Counted from the stretch's first letter, positions 20,889 through 31,882 are shown. The stretch is DNA of 64,000 nucleotides from Nitrosopumilus sp. (GCA_965238275.1 OZ250186.1:896001-960000), one strand, 5' to 3'. Program-made: numbers and translations. Notes: generated by a model from the letters alone, not told the origin.

Positions 20889-21500
20889 CTATGCCTTGAG
20901 CAGTATGGTCTCTTTTGCCGCGGTTCGGACAAGCTTTACCTTTTCAAGGCCCACGTGTCTTATCCTTATTACCTTCTTGAATGCGGCCATAATGTCCGAG
21001 TTGATCTTGCTGTAGCACGTGGCCTGGACAAACTGCGCAATCGTCATGTCCGGAATCGTGTTGTTAATGACGTCCTTTGCGATGAGCCTGAGGGCATGCT
21101 TTCTGGACGTGTTGAGCTGCCTGTGGGTGAGTGCGATTATCTTGATTCGAAATATGTAACCGTCCTTGGTCTTGATGTCGATTATAAAGTTGATCTTCGA
21201 CGATCCGCGCCTGACCAGGCTTCGCAGAAACTCCTTGGAATACTCGAACCTCTTGAAGATCGTCGTGGCACTGTCGCCGTCAACCTTGTCAATCTGGAAG
21301 TATATCTTGTACTGGTGCTGTGAGGAGTCCCCCTTGACGATGTCATAGAGGGTAACCTCGATGACCCGGCCCTCTGCATTCTTGTCGTCTGTAATTGGAA
21401 TGTACGCTATTGGCACGTTGTTAAACGAGTCAGGAGCATATGCTGTGATCCAACGCTTCTCTCTCCACTTGTCTTTTACCCTGCCCTTTCTGCGTGCCAA
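20889..21500 (-). CDS. rps3ae: 30S ribosomal protein S3ae (eS1)
   Basis: KDKWREKRW...GRVIEVTL...RSLVRRGSSKI. Confidence 0.95.
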   Translation of the reverse strand: MARRKGRVKDKWREKRWITAYAPDSFNNVPIAYIPITDDKNAEGRVIEVTLYDIVKGDSSQHQYKIYFQIDKVDGDSATTIFKRFEYSKEFLRSLVRRGSSKINFIIDIKTKDGYIFRIKIIALTHRQLNTSRKHALRLIAKDVINNTIPDMTIAQFVQATCYSKINSDIMAAFKKVIRIRHVGLEKVKLVRTAAKETILLKA

Positions 21501-21549
21501 TTAGTATTGACCTTCCAGCCCAAAATATAAGGGTATGTTGGATTGTCGG

Positions 21550-23198
21550 GTATGGACTCAGGTCCGTGCCTAGATTTTAATCGCTTGTGCATCAAATTAG
21601 ACCATGCCGATTTATTGATCTCGGAATCCGCGAACCCACGTGAGCAAATCAGAGATATCGCTCCTACGCAGGGAGCTGGCAAGGGTAGTGACGGAGTTCG
21701 AGAAGTTTAAGAAAACGATGTACAAGACAAATGCCGAACTCACCAAGAAGGTGACGCTGCTCGAGATTGAAAACGACCGCCTGACCCTGGAAAACGCGGG
21801 GTACCGCAGGAGGCTCCGCAAATACGAGAACCCCAACATGTCCTCGTCCACATATTCGTTGTACAACTCGGACCGCACGGCATTCAGGAAGCGGATGGAC
21901 ATGGAGGCCAAGATGGAGTCCGATGGCAGCGGGCCCAAGGAAGGAGAAAAGTCCGAATCGGAAGGCGGACCTGAATCAGAAGGCGAAGGCGCCGGAGACA
22001 AGACCCGCAAGGGACCGCCGGCAGGACACGCCGGCGCCTCGCACAAGAACAAGGCCGAGAGGACCGAGAGTCTGCCAGTGTGCAGGTGCGAAAAGTGCGG
22101 ACGCGGACACCTGGTCCGGATGCCGTCCATTGTCAAGATGGTGTATGATTTTCCCGACTACGGCGCCATGAGGATCGAGCGCGTCGCGTACCTGGTGGGA
22201 CAGGGGTTGTGCAAGAGGTGCAATCACGTCAGCTCTGCCGTGCCTCCCACGATCCCCGGCACGTCGCTTGGCCCCAAGGCCCTGGGGTTTGTGGAGGAGT
22301 ACTACGACAAGAGGAGCACGGACTACACCGTATCATACTATTTCAAGGCGCTGTACGGGTTTGGCATATCGCCAAACGCCATATGGAACGCGCGCAAGGC
22401 CCTCAAAAAGATCCTCAAGGGCGCGTACGAGGGCATACTGGCCCACATCGCCGAGGCCGCGTTCGTGCAGTTTGACGAGTCCCACATGAAGATGAACGGG
22501 AAGAAGGGGTACGTGTGGCTGGTCACCGCCGGGGACGCCACGTATCTGGTGGCCGCCCCGAGCAGGGCGGCCCTCGTGATAAACGCGCATTTTGCCCGGC
22601 TGCTTGGCAAGCCGGTGGTGGTGGATGGGTACACCGTCTACAACATGTTCCCAGTCAAGCAGAGGTGCTGGGTGCACCTGCTGCGCGCCGCAGAAGAGTA
22701 CGCCATCAAGAACGGCGGCAACGATCTTGCCTGCTACCGCAGGCTGCTTGCCCTGTACCGGTCAGTCAAGGACAGGGAGTCTGCCGGATCCGGCGAGTGC
22801 CTGGACCTGGAAAGGACGGTGCTCCAAATCGCCTCGGACTACGGGGAGTCCCACGACTTCCGCACGACGCTTGAGAACGCGGCCCCGTGCATGTTCACGT
22901 TCCTCAGGCATCCGGGCATGCCGCCGCATAACAACGCAGCAGAGCTTGAGATACGCGACACTGCGGTGCTGCACGGGAACGTGCGGCACCAGCTGTCCGA
23001 ACCCGAGGGGCGGGAGGTCTTCTCGGTGCTGATATCAGTGGCGCGCACCTGCCACAGGCAGGGCATCTTCCCGCGCCAAGCAGTCGAGAACATCATCATG
23101 GATCCTGGCTGGAGCATATTCAAGCCACCCGAACAATATCAGACGGTTTCTGTACCCGCAGTGGCAGCGTAGCGCAGTTTGGCGACCTGAGTCCATAC
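21550..23198 (+). mobile_element. IS66-family insertion sequence
   Basis: Perfect 15-bp TIR GTATGGACTCAGGTC/GACCTGAGTCCATAC; 8-bp TSD ATTGTCGG at 21542-21549 and 23199-23206. Confidence 0.93.
21640..23172 (+). CDS. IS66-family transposase
   Basis: Coiled coil, NMSSS, Zn ribbon, FDES, VVDGY, QRCWVHLLR, HNNAAE. Confidence 0.92.
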   Translation: MSKSEISLLRRELARVVTEFEKFKKTMYKTNAELTKKVTLLEIENDRLTLENAGYRRRLRKYENPNMSSSTYSLYNSDRTAFRKRMDMEAKMESDGSGPKEGEKSESEGGPESEGEGAGDKTRKGPPAGHAGASHKNKAERTESLPVCRCEKCGRGHLVRMPSIVKMVYDFPDYGAMRIERVAYLVGQGLCKRCNHVSSAVPPTIPGTSLGPKALGFVEEYYDKRSTDYTVSYYFKALYGFGISPNAIWNARKALKKILKGAYEGILAHIAEAAFVQFDESHMKMNGKKGYVWLVTAGDATYLVAAPSRAALVINAHFARLLGKPVVVDGYTVYNMFPVKQRCWVHLLRAAEEYAIKNGGNDLACYRRLLALYRSVKDRESAGSGECLDLERTVLQIASDYGESHDFRTTLENAAPCMFTFLRHPGMPPHNNAAELEIRDTAVLHGNVRHQLSEPEGREVFSVLISVARTCHRQGIFPRQAVENIIMDPGWSIFKPPEQYQTVSVPAVAA

Positions 23199-23254
23199 AT
23201 TGTCGGTCCCGGTACAAATAATGCATTTGTGCAAACCGCGAAACTGCACCATCA

Positions 23255-24529
23255 TCAGATCCGCACCATCTCCTTCTGGCCTCCCATGTATCCCTGCAGG
23301 GCATCTGGAATCCTGACATGCCCGTCCTTTGTCTGAAAGTCCTCGATGATGGCGACCATCACCCTGGTAGTTGCCACAAGGGTGCTGTTGAGCGTGTGCA
23401 GGTACTGCGTCTCTTCGTTTGTCTTGTCCCGGAACCTTATCTTCAGCCTCCTTGCCTGGTAGTCAAGGCAGTTGGAGCACGAGACTACCTCCCTGTAGGC
23501 GTTCTGCCCTGCCATCCACGCCTCTATGTCGTACGTCTTTGCCGAGACCTTTCCCAGATCCCCTGCGCAGAGCAGCATCACCCTGTACGGGATGCCCAGC
23601 ATCCGGTAGAACTCTTCTGCAGCCTCCAGCATCTGCTCGTGCTCCCTGCGCGAGTTCTCCGGCCTTGCAAACACAAACTGCTCGATCTTCTCAAACTGGT
23701 GTACCCTGAATATCCCCTTCTGATCCCTGCCGTGGGCCCCTGCCTCCTTCCTGAAGCACGGGCTGACGCCGGCATACCTGATGGGAAGGTCTGCCCCGTC
23801 AACAATCTCGCCTGAGTGCATTGCGGCCATGGCGTGCTCGGAGGTGCCTATCATGTAGAGGTCCTCGCCTTCTATCTTGTATATGACATCCTCAAAGTCT
23901 TCTGCAATCACTGCGCCCTCCATGGACTCCCGATTTATCATGTACGGCGGCTGTACCAGAGAGTACTGCCTCTTTGCAAGAAAGTCAAGTGCAAAGTGGA
24001 TTAGGGACTGGTTGAGCCTCACCAGATCATTTCTCAGGTAGTAGAATCTGGCGCCTGCCACCTTTGCCGCCCTCTTGAGATCCACCAGGTCCAAGGCCTC
24101 GGAGATGTCGATGTGGTCGCGCACCTCAAAGCCAAACGTCGGAATGCTGCCCCATTCCCTCACCTTCCTGTTGAAGCTCTCGTCGGTGCCCGGGGGGACA
24201 GTCTTGTCCACCAGGTTGGGAACTGTAAATGCAAGTCTGGCATACGTCTCCTCTGCCCTTTGCTGTTCTGACTCCAGTGCCGCAATCTCTGCTGAGACGC
24301 CCTTCATCTCTGCCAAGGCGGCTGCTGCATCCTCCCCTGCCTTCTTCTGTCTTGCAATGGCCTGTCCCGCCTCGTTTCTCTTCTGGCGCAGCTGGTCTGT
24401 ACCGATGATCAGCCTGCGCCTCTCCGTGTCTGATCTTACCAGGGCATCCAGATCAAAGTCCACTGATCTTGCCCTGAGCATCTCCTGTATCGCCTGCGGG
24501 CTCTCCCTGATCAGTCTGGGGTCAAGCAC
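23255..24529 (-). CDS. serS: Serine-tRNA ligase
   Basis: GTSE, FRKEAG, RVHQFEKIE, EVVSCSNC, HTLNST. Confidence 0.97.
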   Translation of the reverse strand: MLDPRLIRESPQAIQEMLRARSVDFDLDALVRSDTERRRLIIGTDQLRQKRNEAGQAIARQKKAGEDAAAALAEMKGVSAEIAALESEQQRAEETYARLAFTVPNLVDKTVPPGTDESFNRKVREWGSIPTFGFEVRDHIDISEALDLVDLKRAAKVAGARFYYLRNDLVRLNQSLIHFALDFLAKRQYSLVQPPYMINRESMEGAVIAEDFEDVIYKIEGEDLYMIGTSEHAMAAMHSGEIVDGADLPIRYAGVSPCFRKEAGAHGRDQKGIFRVHQFEKIEQFVFARPENSRREHEQMLEAAEEFYRMLGIPYRVMLLCAGDLGKVSAKTYDIEAWMAGQNAYREVVSCSNCLDYQARRLKIRFRDKTNEETQYLHTLNSTLVATTRVMVAIIEDFQTKDGHVRIPDALQGYMGGQKEMVRI

Positions 24530-24765
24530 TACTGGATCACCTTCAGCGCGACCCCGACGTGTCCAAGCATCTCGTCTACCGTACCTATCAGGTGTCCCAT
24601 GTCTCCTGCACTCTCAAAGTTGAATATCAGCTTGTCGCCGGCATCCTCCATTTTGATGCTCAGCCCCTCTGGAATATTCACATTGTCCGGTTCCAGGGCG
24701 CTTCTTACTGCCCTGGCCCTCTCTGCGGAGATCTCATTTATGACTATCTGCACCTGACACAGCAA
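24529..24765 (-). CDS. pcc1: KEOPS complex subunit Pcc1
   Basis: 78 aa with ALEPDN motif, in the conserved rps15-DHH-pcc1-serS order. Confidence 0.75.
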   Translation of the reverse strand: MLCQVQIVINEISAERARAVRSALEPDNVNIPEGLSIKMEDAGDKLIFNFESAGDMGHLIGTVDEMLGHVGVALKVIQ

Positions 24766-26152
24766 TGTTTTCCTCCAAGTAGTTTAGAAACTCGTCCAGC
24801 TTGTCCTTGGTTATCTTGGCCCCTGCTGCCATGCTGTGGCCTCCGCCGACGCCGCCAACACTCCGCGCCCCTGCGCCCATCAGGTGGCTCAGGTTTATCT
24901 CCGATCTGCATCCGATGGCCTTTCTTGAGGAGAACTTTACCGTGTTGCCGTCTCCGTCTGCCCTCAGAATGACCACCCTTCCCGTGTTTCTTGGGGATCC
25001 TGCAATCAGCGATGAGATGGTACCTGTCATCATCTCCGGCACCACTCCCTGGCCGTTGACCATGATGTAGTCGTCCTTCTCCAGAATCCTCCACCTCTCG
25101 TTTGATATTATGTTCATGTAATCCTTGATCCTGCTCCTGTATTCCTTGAGGATGGTCTCTGCCTCCCTCAGGGCCATGTTCCTGTCCCCCATGCACACTG
25201 AGATTCCGATGCTGGAGCGGCCTATCCTCCCGCATGAGTTGAGCATGGTAGAAAACTCCCTGCACTCCCTCAGAAAGCTCCTCCTGTCCTCCAATGGAAA
25301 CGTGTAGGTGTATCCTATCATCTCGGAGGCTATCTCGGTGGCGTTGCCTCCTGAGGCAAACCTGCAGATTGACTCTATTACCTGTTTCTTCTCCTCCTCT
25401 TCAAGTTCTGCCGGAACCCTCCACCTGCCGCCGTCCTTGAGCCGGATCCCTGAGGAGTTGAGAATGGAGAGGCATGCGGCCCTGTTCCATGTCAGCCCGT
25501 CGATGAATGGCTGCGAGGTAAATGCCAATGCGTCTGACAGCGGCCTGGTCTCCCTGCCGACCAGCAGAAGATCCAGATCCACCTCAAGCATGCCCAGACG
25601 CTTTGCAGTCTCTGCAATCTCAAAGTTTTTGCCAACAAGCGACTTTCTCTCCCCCTGGTCCTGCCTGTCTCCCAGCGCCGAGACTACTGCAGTTGCGGCA
25701 AGATCCTCGTTTCTCCGATCCAGGGAGACTGCTGCAAGATATGCCATTCCGCCTGCACAGATGTCCACCCCTCCGTCGATCCCGTATCTCCAGGCATTGA
25801 TGACATTGGGATTGTCCATCTCCGCGTCGGGAATCTGGTGGTGATCCAGAATGAACCAGTCCTCGCCCAGAACGCGGCCCAAATCATCTGCAAAACCGCC
25901 CCCAAGATCCGTTATGATGTGAAAATCCCTGGAGTCGTTTCCGAACGACTCTGCAGTGTCCTTGCTGAACTCCTTGGCGGTTCTGACTGTGCACTTGGCA
26001 CCGGCCCTGATAAGGGCCTTTGTGATGATTCCCCCCGATGTCAGCCCGTCGCAGTCAATGTGGGTTGTGACAAGGATCGGCCTTCCGGACTTTATGCATT
26101 CTGATATTCTGTCTTCAAAGAGTGAAAGTGATTCTTCAAGCGATCCTGCCAT
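24734..26152 (-). CDS. DHH-family phosphoesterase (RecJ-like)
   Basis: HIDCDG, DLG, DHH and GGGH motifs. Confidence 0.9.
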   Translation of the reverse strand: MAGSLEESLSLFEDRISECIKSGRPILVTTHIDCDGLTSGGIITKALIRAGAKCTVRTAKEFSKDTAESFGNDSRDFHIITDLGGGFADDLGRVLGEDWFILDHHQIPDAEMDNPNVINAWRYGIDGGVDICAGGMAYLAAVSLDRRNEDLAATAVVSALGDRQDQGERKSLVGKNFEIAETAKRLGMLEVDLDLLLVGRETRPLSDALAFTSQPFIDGLTWNRAACLSILNSSGIRLKDGGRWRVPAELEEEEKKQVIESICRFASGGNATEIASEMIGYTYTFPLEDRRSFLRECREFSTMLNSCGRIGRSSIGISVCMGDRNMALREAETILKEYRSRIKDYMNIISNERWRILEKDDYIMVNGQGVVPEMMTGTISSLIAGSPRNTGRVVILRADGDGNTVKFSSRKAIGCRSEINLSHLMGAGARSVGGVGGGHSMAAGAKITKDKLDEFLNYLEENIAVSGADSHK

Positions 26153-26601
26153 TATTCCAATTGGGCTACCACAGATTTATATTTCCAGGTCTTGGGAATT
26201 CGCCCGATTCTTTTGTAGTATACTGAGAGCCTGTGTACCTTGGCCTCGATGAGTTCCAGGGATCTGACGTTTCTCCTGTCTCCCTTGTTTGCCTTGAGGT
26301 GCTTTTGAAGGCCTACTGCCTTCTTGACGATGTTCTCAAGATCCTCAGGCATGTCCGGTCTTAGATCCTTCTCCTCCAGAATCTGACCCATGCTCTTTTT
26401 GGTGACTGCCTTGATTAGGGGTATGGAGTGCTGATCCCTGAGCTTTATTCCAATCTGGCTTGGCGTCATGCCGTCCTTGGAGTATTTGACTACCAGTGAC
26501 TCGATATCTGACGCACTCTGCGTGACCCATGACGGGGTGCTCAGCACGGTCGGCCTGATCGAGTGTGACTTTCCATGCCTGCGTGTATGCATTCTACCCA
26601 T
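26152..26601 (-). CDS. rps15: 30S ribosomal protein S15 (uS15)
   Basis: MGRMH...PSQIGIKLRD...PEDL...IEAKVHRL. Confidence 0.96.
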   Translation of the reverse strand: MGRMHTRRHGKSHSIRPTVLSTPSWVTQSASDIESLVVKYSKDGMTPSQIGIKLRDQHSIPLIKAVTKKSMGQILEEKDLRPDMPEDLENIVKKAVGLQKHLKANKGDRRNVRSLELIEAKVHRLSVYYKRIGRIPKTWKYKSVVAQLE

Positions 26602-26798
26602 GAACTGGTTGGCTTGCGTAGTGGAATTAAACGTTACTTGTCGGTATGGATTCAGTTGCCCTGTGTGCCTGACTCGGATGCCAGGACGTCAGTCCATGCC
26701 AGGCTGCATCCACACGGCACGTGCAGAACCGGACTGCATCATGCGGCCCCTGCCGCATTTCAAAAAATTCTATATTGGTACGACTGGTATCATCCGGT

Positions 26799-28469
26799 AT
26801 GGCAGTACAGGAGGACTGGATCGCGCGTCTCACCAGATCGATGATACAGGACTTGTGCCCTGCCCACGTGTACAAGAAGGGGCAGTCCTATTATACATCC
26901 GGAAGAGTGCGTTATGTGCGCCTCGTGGAAGATACGCTGCATGCAGTTGTGACCGGACGGAGTGATTACACCGTGGCAGTCCGCGGCGACCGGACCCTGG
27001 GAGTCAATGCAGGATGCACCTGCCCGTACAGCGAGTACTATTACGGCGCGTGCAAGCACATAGTCGCTGCCATGATACACCTGATTGAAAATCTTGAGGA
27101 GATTTTAAGCGATAATGAGACCCGGGTGTCCACCGTTAAGCACATGGTTACCCTTGTGCCGCCAGAGAAGGCGGTGGAGTTTCTGACCGATGTGATGATC
27201 ATGGATGAATCCGTACGGCAGAGATTTGTCGACACGTTCGGACTGGGACACGTGCGCCCGGTAACCAACTACAAATCCAGCATGGACCGGCTCTATTCCG
27301 GCGCGAAAGGATCCGATGGCAAGATCAGTCATCCCCTGAACTTTGATCGCTATTTTGACAATGCCCGGGCAAGCCAGTCCGGCGGCGAGTTTGCAGATGC
27401 AGCAAAGATATACCAGACGATCTCAGAGAAGATATCCGAAAATATGGGTGCCGTGGACGACTCGGGCAGATACTACACTGACTGCTTTATGGAGGCCTTG
27501 GACGGCATGGCCGAATCCATAATCCGGAATGAGATGCCGGCTGGCAAAAAACACGAACACGTCTCGTACCTGTTTGAAAAACTTATGGAAGGCAGGCCTG
27601 TCCGGTTCGTCCCGTACTACCGCAGCGCCCTTGAGACTGTCTGCACCACAGACGAGGACACTGTATTCCTGCACGACACAATCGATTCGCACCTGCATGC
27701 AGACGGTCCCGTGCCGGATGGCACGATGGCAGAGATGGTACACATGCAGGCAGATGCACTCGAGAGGCTGACCAGGACGGCTGAACTTGTCTCGCTTTTA
27801 GAGGAATTCTATTATCTGGACAGCAGACTGTGCGTCAGGTATCTTGGCATGCTACACAACGACGACGACGACGACGACGCCGCCGCAGCCGCAGCCGATC
27901 CGGACCAAGTCCTGCAGGCAATCCATGATGCCACGGATGCGTTTCCCGACAATCTGGGGGTGATGGAGGCAGTCCTTGAGCTCTATCCTGAAACCGCCCC
28001 GGGATATGTCTCCACACTCAGGGAGATGTTTGTGGCTACAGGGGACTGGAAGTACTTTTTCAGGATCAGGGATGCATCATGTGACTGGCATGCCGATGTG
28101 GAGGCCGTTGTCATGAGGTTTAGGGAAAAGCCAGATCCGGGCATGGCCGTCAATGCCTATCTGAAGGGGAGCATGACAGATGAGGCCATGAACCTGCTAG
28201 AGTCCATTGATGACGCGGATCTGTTTGCAGCATACCGCACAAAACTGGCACCGGCGTACCCTGGCAGGTATTTTGCCGCGTATGGCACGCTGATCAGACG
28301 GTTTGCCAAGAGTACGACCGGCAGGGATCACTACGCGCGTGTCTGCAGGCACCTTGCCAGCATAAAGGCGATTCCCGGCGGGGATCGCTCGTATGGGGAA
28401 CTGATACTGAATATCAGGCGTGAGAACTCTGGCAGGCGCGTCCTGCTGGAACTCATTAGAGGCATGTAA
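26799..28469 (+). CDS. SWIM zinc-finger protein with helical repeat C-terminus
   Basis: CTCP...CKHIVA SWIM motif. Confidence 0.85.
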   Translation: MAVQEDWIARLTRSMIQDLCPAHVYKKGQSYYTSGRVRYVRLVEDTLHAVVTGRSDYTVAVRGDRTLGVNAGCTCPYSEYYYGACKHIVAAMIHLIENLEEILSDNETRVSTVKHMVTLVPPEKAVEFLTDVMIMDESVRQRFVDTFGLGHVRPVTNYKSSMDRLYSGAKGSDGKISHPLNFDRYFDNARASQSGGEFADAAKIYQTISEKISENMGAVDDSGRYYTDCFMEALDGMAESIIRNEMPAGKKHEHVSYLFEKLMEGRPVRFVPYYRSALETVCTTDEDTVFLHDTIDSHLHADGPVPDGTMAEMVHMQADALERLTRTAELVSLLEEFYYLDSRLCVRYLGMLHNDDDDDDAAAAAADPDQVLQAIHDATDAFPDNLGVMEAVLELYPETAPGYVSTLREMFVATGDWKYFFRIRDASCDWHADVEAVVMRFREKPDPGMAVNAYLKGSMTDEAMNLLESIDDADLFAAYRTKLAPAYPGRYFAAYGTLIRRFAKSTTGRDHYARVCRHLASIKAIPGGDRSYGELILNIRRENSGRRVLLELIRGM

Positions 28470-28714
28470 CATCTGTCCGTAACAACTCCTGTAAAGACTG
28501 ACGGTTTTGCATCCGTGGTTGCACTGCATGATTCCGGGCGCGGTTCCGTACCAAACCATGCAGGATGCAACACGGGAAGACACCGGCAGGAATGCAGCCT
28601 GCTCCTCCTTGCCTGGTGGGGGAAGGCTGCCAGTGGTTGGCAGACATCCTGCAGATTCAGTGCAGTCCGGGGAATGCATCAAAAGGCTATGTGGCGCATC
28701 TGTGCTTGGACACC

Positions 28715-31700
28715 TTAGACTGCCGTGGGGAATCTGCCTGGACCCACCATGTCTGCCAGTGCCATTACCTGATCCTGATCGGCCTCGTATCCTGATGGAG
28801 TATCTGCCACTGCCAGCACGCCTGCCGGGTCTCTTAATACGTATGGCTTCTTCCTGCCGCCGCCCCCGTGCAGATACAGATAGCAGTTTTCCTGAAGCGT
28901 CTTTGTCCGGAGCCACTCGTTGGGAGTAAAGACTACGGATCCTGTCGTGCTTGCCGGCTTTGCCAGTATGTACCGGGTGGATCCGCTGGGGTCTATCGAT
29001 CTGACATCAAAACCGTAGCCCTCTCCTGATACGAGTTCGGGCTTTCTGCCGTGGCTACGCTCAAACTTGATCAGGGAATCAAGCGCCTGGTGTTTGAGGC
29101 GTGCGGCATCCTCAGAGCCCGGCAACACGCGGGCGATGCCTATCACCGATGTCCTGCCAATGCTCAGATTGCCATCCATCCTTGCCTGCGCGGCCATGTC
29201 CCTTCTGGCAGTCCTGTATCTTCTGCGGCTCTCCCTCTTGTTTCTGATGGCCAGATCCACCCTGGCGCCCCTTCGTTTCTTTGCAAGCAGTACCATGATG
29301 TCATCCCTTATCATGTCCATGTGGGTGTCTAGCGACTTCATTCCGTACCTTTGCACTAGCATTGCATGCCTGTCACGCTCTCCGGAGAGGGTGCCTGCGT
29401 AATCTGCCATCATCTCGGCGGATTTGGCAACTGCCATCTTCATGACCCTGTCATGATCTTCTCCGGGTTCGTAGGCTGCAGGGTGCATGTCAAGATCCAG
29501 CATTACTGACGGGGAGACGGATCGAATACTGCCTCCTGCCCTGTCCACAAAACAGGCAAGCATCTGCCTGCCTGCCAGCCTTCCGGATCCGTCAGTCACG
29601 CTGCCTTCACAAAACACCAGGTGGCCATCCATGATGCCTGCCGGGTCCACAAACACGGATCCGCCCAGCGCGGCATCTGCGTATTCCTGCTCCGCCCAGT
29701 CCAGCACCGCGTCAAACACGGGATGCCCAAAGGTGATCAGTTCGATGCCGGGTTCTGCCATCCGAACCTTCTTGTCAAACGTGACTGCCTCGTACGAGGG
29801 CAATATCTGCCTGCCGTGTTTTGTCCTTGCCGGTCCGAGTATGCCGCCTGGCAGTTGGATGGATGCCCGATCGTCGTTCCCGTCAATCCGGCCCCCGGCA
29901 GCCTCCAATATCTTCCCGAACAGATACCTGGTGTATTCGGGCACCATCTGCACCTCCAGTGCCTTCTCGCGTATCCCCTTTAGTTTGGTATGGTCGATGT
30001 ATTTGGTGGCCAGGCTGTCTTTCATGCAGTCGATTACGCGGTCATTGTCTGCTGCAACCGAGTCCTTCAGCTCCGAGATTATCTCTGACTGTTTTCTTGC
30101 ACGGACTGTCGCATCCAGCAGCATCTGCGAGAGACTCTTTCCCTGAACGACCTCGCTTATGACATCAAAGATCTTGTCGCTTCCCATGGCATTCTTTATC
30201 TCTTCGAGTTTTTCAAAGAGTACCTGCATTATCTCCCCCTCCCGTGTATCTGCTGCCACCAGATTGAATACCGACACTGGAAACCTCTGGCCGTACCTGT
30301 GTATCCTGCCCATTCTCTGCTCAAGCCTGTTGGGGTTCCAGGGAAGATCATAATTTATCATCAGATGGCAGAACTGGAGATTGATTCCCTCGCCTGCAGC
30401 CTCTGTTGCAACCATTACACGGGTCCTGTCACGGAAGACTGCCTCGGCGTCCTTTCTTTTACCGGCCGGCATGGCGCCGTGTATGGTGTTTACCGAGTAG
30501 CCCCATGACTGTATGTTCCTTACCAGATAGTTCAGCGTATCCCTGGACTCGGTAAATATCAGTATCTTCTTTTCTGGATGGTGCCTGTCCATCTCTTTCA
30601 TGGTTGACTTTAGCTGGTTCAGTTTTGCCTCGTACCCGTCGTCGATGATCTTTTCGGCCATCGTTATCAGATTGTCCAGAATATGAATCTCCATGCCAAG
30701 CTCCTTCTTGTTTTTGGCCATGCTGATCAACTCCCATCTTTTCTCCTCGTCCCACTGCTCCCTCTCTGTCATTCCTTCCGTATAGCCGTATGAGCCTGCC
30801 TGTGCCTGTCTTATGGCGTCTTTTCTCCCCGTCCCGCCCTCCATCTGCCTTAGTTTGTTCCTTCTTCTCCTGAGGGATTCCAGCAGGGCAAACGTGCTTG
30901 ATGCAAACCTGCGCTGGAGGATTATTAGTGCAAATGTGATGTTGTGACGCTTGACGGATCTGGTGGCCAGGTTGTACTGTTCTGTGATGTATCTCGACAT
31001 TGCATTGTACAGTTTCTTTTCAGGGGCCGAGAGTCTTACATCCGGCGTCATTACGCTGCGCGGTGCAAAGAGCGGCCTGCCATCAAAATCCACCATGTCC
31101 TCCTTGGCACGTCTCAGAAACAACGGATTGTCCTGGTTTTTTATCGACTCCTCCATCATGTCGTCTGTGGCAAAAAACCCCGGTTCAAGCAGATCCAAAA
31201 GCAGTCGGAAGTTCTGGGTGTCTCCCTTGTGCGGCGTTGCAGTCAGAAACATGATGTGCCTGCTCATTACAGAGAGTGTCTCCCCCAGCCTGTAGCGCCT
31301 GGTTTTGGCAGTGCTGCTGCCATGCAGGTACGCGCTCATCTTGTGTGCCTCGTCTACTATTATCAGGTCAAACCGGGCGCCGTTCATTGAGGATATCACG
31401 TCATCTTGTTTTGCAAAATCGATCGAGGTTATCAGGCTCTCGCCGGCCCAGATCTCCGCCCTGCTGTCGTCTGCGAAGCTGCTGCGATCCACTATCGTAA
31501 AATCCTCATCAAACTTGTCCTGAAGCTCCCATCTCCACTGTTCCTTGAGCTGGCCTGGAACCACTATCAGGACACGCCGTATGTCTCCCCTCATCTTCAG
31601 CTCCTTGATTATCAGTCCTGCCATGATCGTCTTTCCAGCACCGGGATCATGGGCCAGCATGAACCGTATCCTGGATTTTCCAAGTACGTATTTGTACACT

Positions 31701-31882
31701 GCCTCTATCTGGTGCGGCAGGGGATCCACCTTCGAGACACTCACTGCAAGGATTGGATCATACTCGAAGGCATACCTGAATCTTTTGGCCTCCAGCGCCA
31801 GAAACGCATGCCATGAGTTTGTTGACATGACTTTACGGTTGACAACATGAGCGTCTTCGGAGTCATCTTCTGTCTTGTTCAT
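28715..31882 (-). CDS. SNF2-family helicase with C-terminal DUF3883-like domain
   Basis: PLPHQ, DPGAGKT, DEAH, TATP, EGINLQ, LEQRMGRIHRYGQ; C-terminal GFDVRS...TPNEW. Start inferred (MNKTE). Confidence 0.88.
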   Translation of the reverse strand: MNKTEDDSEDAHVVNRKVMSTNSWHAFLALEAKRFRYAFEYDPILAVSVSKVDPLPHQIEAVYKYVLGKSRIRFMLAHDPGAGKTIMAGLIIKELKMRGDIRRVLIVVPGQLKEQWRWELQDKFDEDFTIVDRSSFADDSRAEIWAGESLITSIDFAKQDDVISSMNGARFDLIIVDEAHKMSAYLHGSSTAKTRRYRLGETLSVMSRHIMFLTATPHKGDTQNFRLLLDLLEPGFFATDDMMEESIKNQDNPLFLRRAKEDMVDFDGRPLFAPRSVMTPDVRLSAPEKKLYNAMSRYITEQYNLATRSVKRHNITFALIILQRRFASSTFALLESLRRRRNKLRQMEGGTGRKDAIRQAQAGSYGYTEGMTEREQWDEEKRWELISMAKNKKELGMEIHILDNLITMAEKIIDDGYEAKLNQLKSTMKEMDRHHPEKKILIFTESRDTLNYLVRNIQSWGYSVNTIHGAMPAGKRKDAEAVFRDRTRVMVATEAAGEGINLQFCHLMINYDLPWNPNRLEQRMGRIHRYGQRFPVSVFNLVAADTREGEIMQVLFEKLEEIKNAMGSDKIFDVISEVVQGKSLSQMLLDATVRARKQSEIISELKDSVAADNDRVIDCMKDSLATKYIDHTKLKGIREKALEVQMVPEYTRYLFGKILEAAGGRIDGNDDRASIQLPGGILGPARTKHGRQILPSYEAVTFDKKVRMAEPGIELITFGHPVFDAVLDWAEQEYADAALGGSVFVDPAGIMDGHLVFCEGSVTDGSGRLAGRQMLACFVDRAGGSIRSVSPSVMLDLDMHPAAYEPGEDHDRVMKMAVAKSAEMMADYAGTLSGERDRHAMLVQRYGMKSLDTHMDMIRDDIMVLLAKKRRGARVDLAIRNKRESRRRYRTARRDMAAQARMDGNLSIGRTSVIGIARVLPGSEDAARLKHQALDSLIKFERSHGRKPELVSGEGYGFDVRSIDPSGSTRYILAKPASTTGSVVFTPNEWLRTKTLQENCYLYLHGGGGRKKPYVLRDPAGVLAVADTPSGYEADQDQVMALADMVGPGRFPTAV

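Noticed and set aside
27861-27897. GAC/GCC microsatellite in the SWIM gene as a phase-variation switch
   Set aside because: Trinucleotide units keep the frame and only change the length of a poly-D/poly-A linker.
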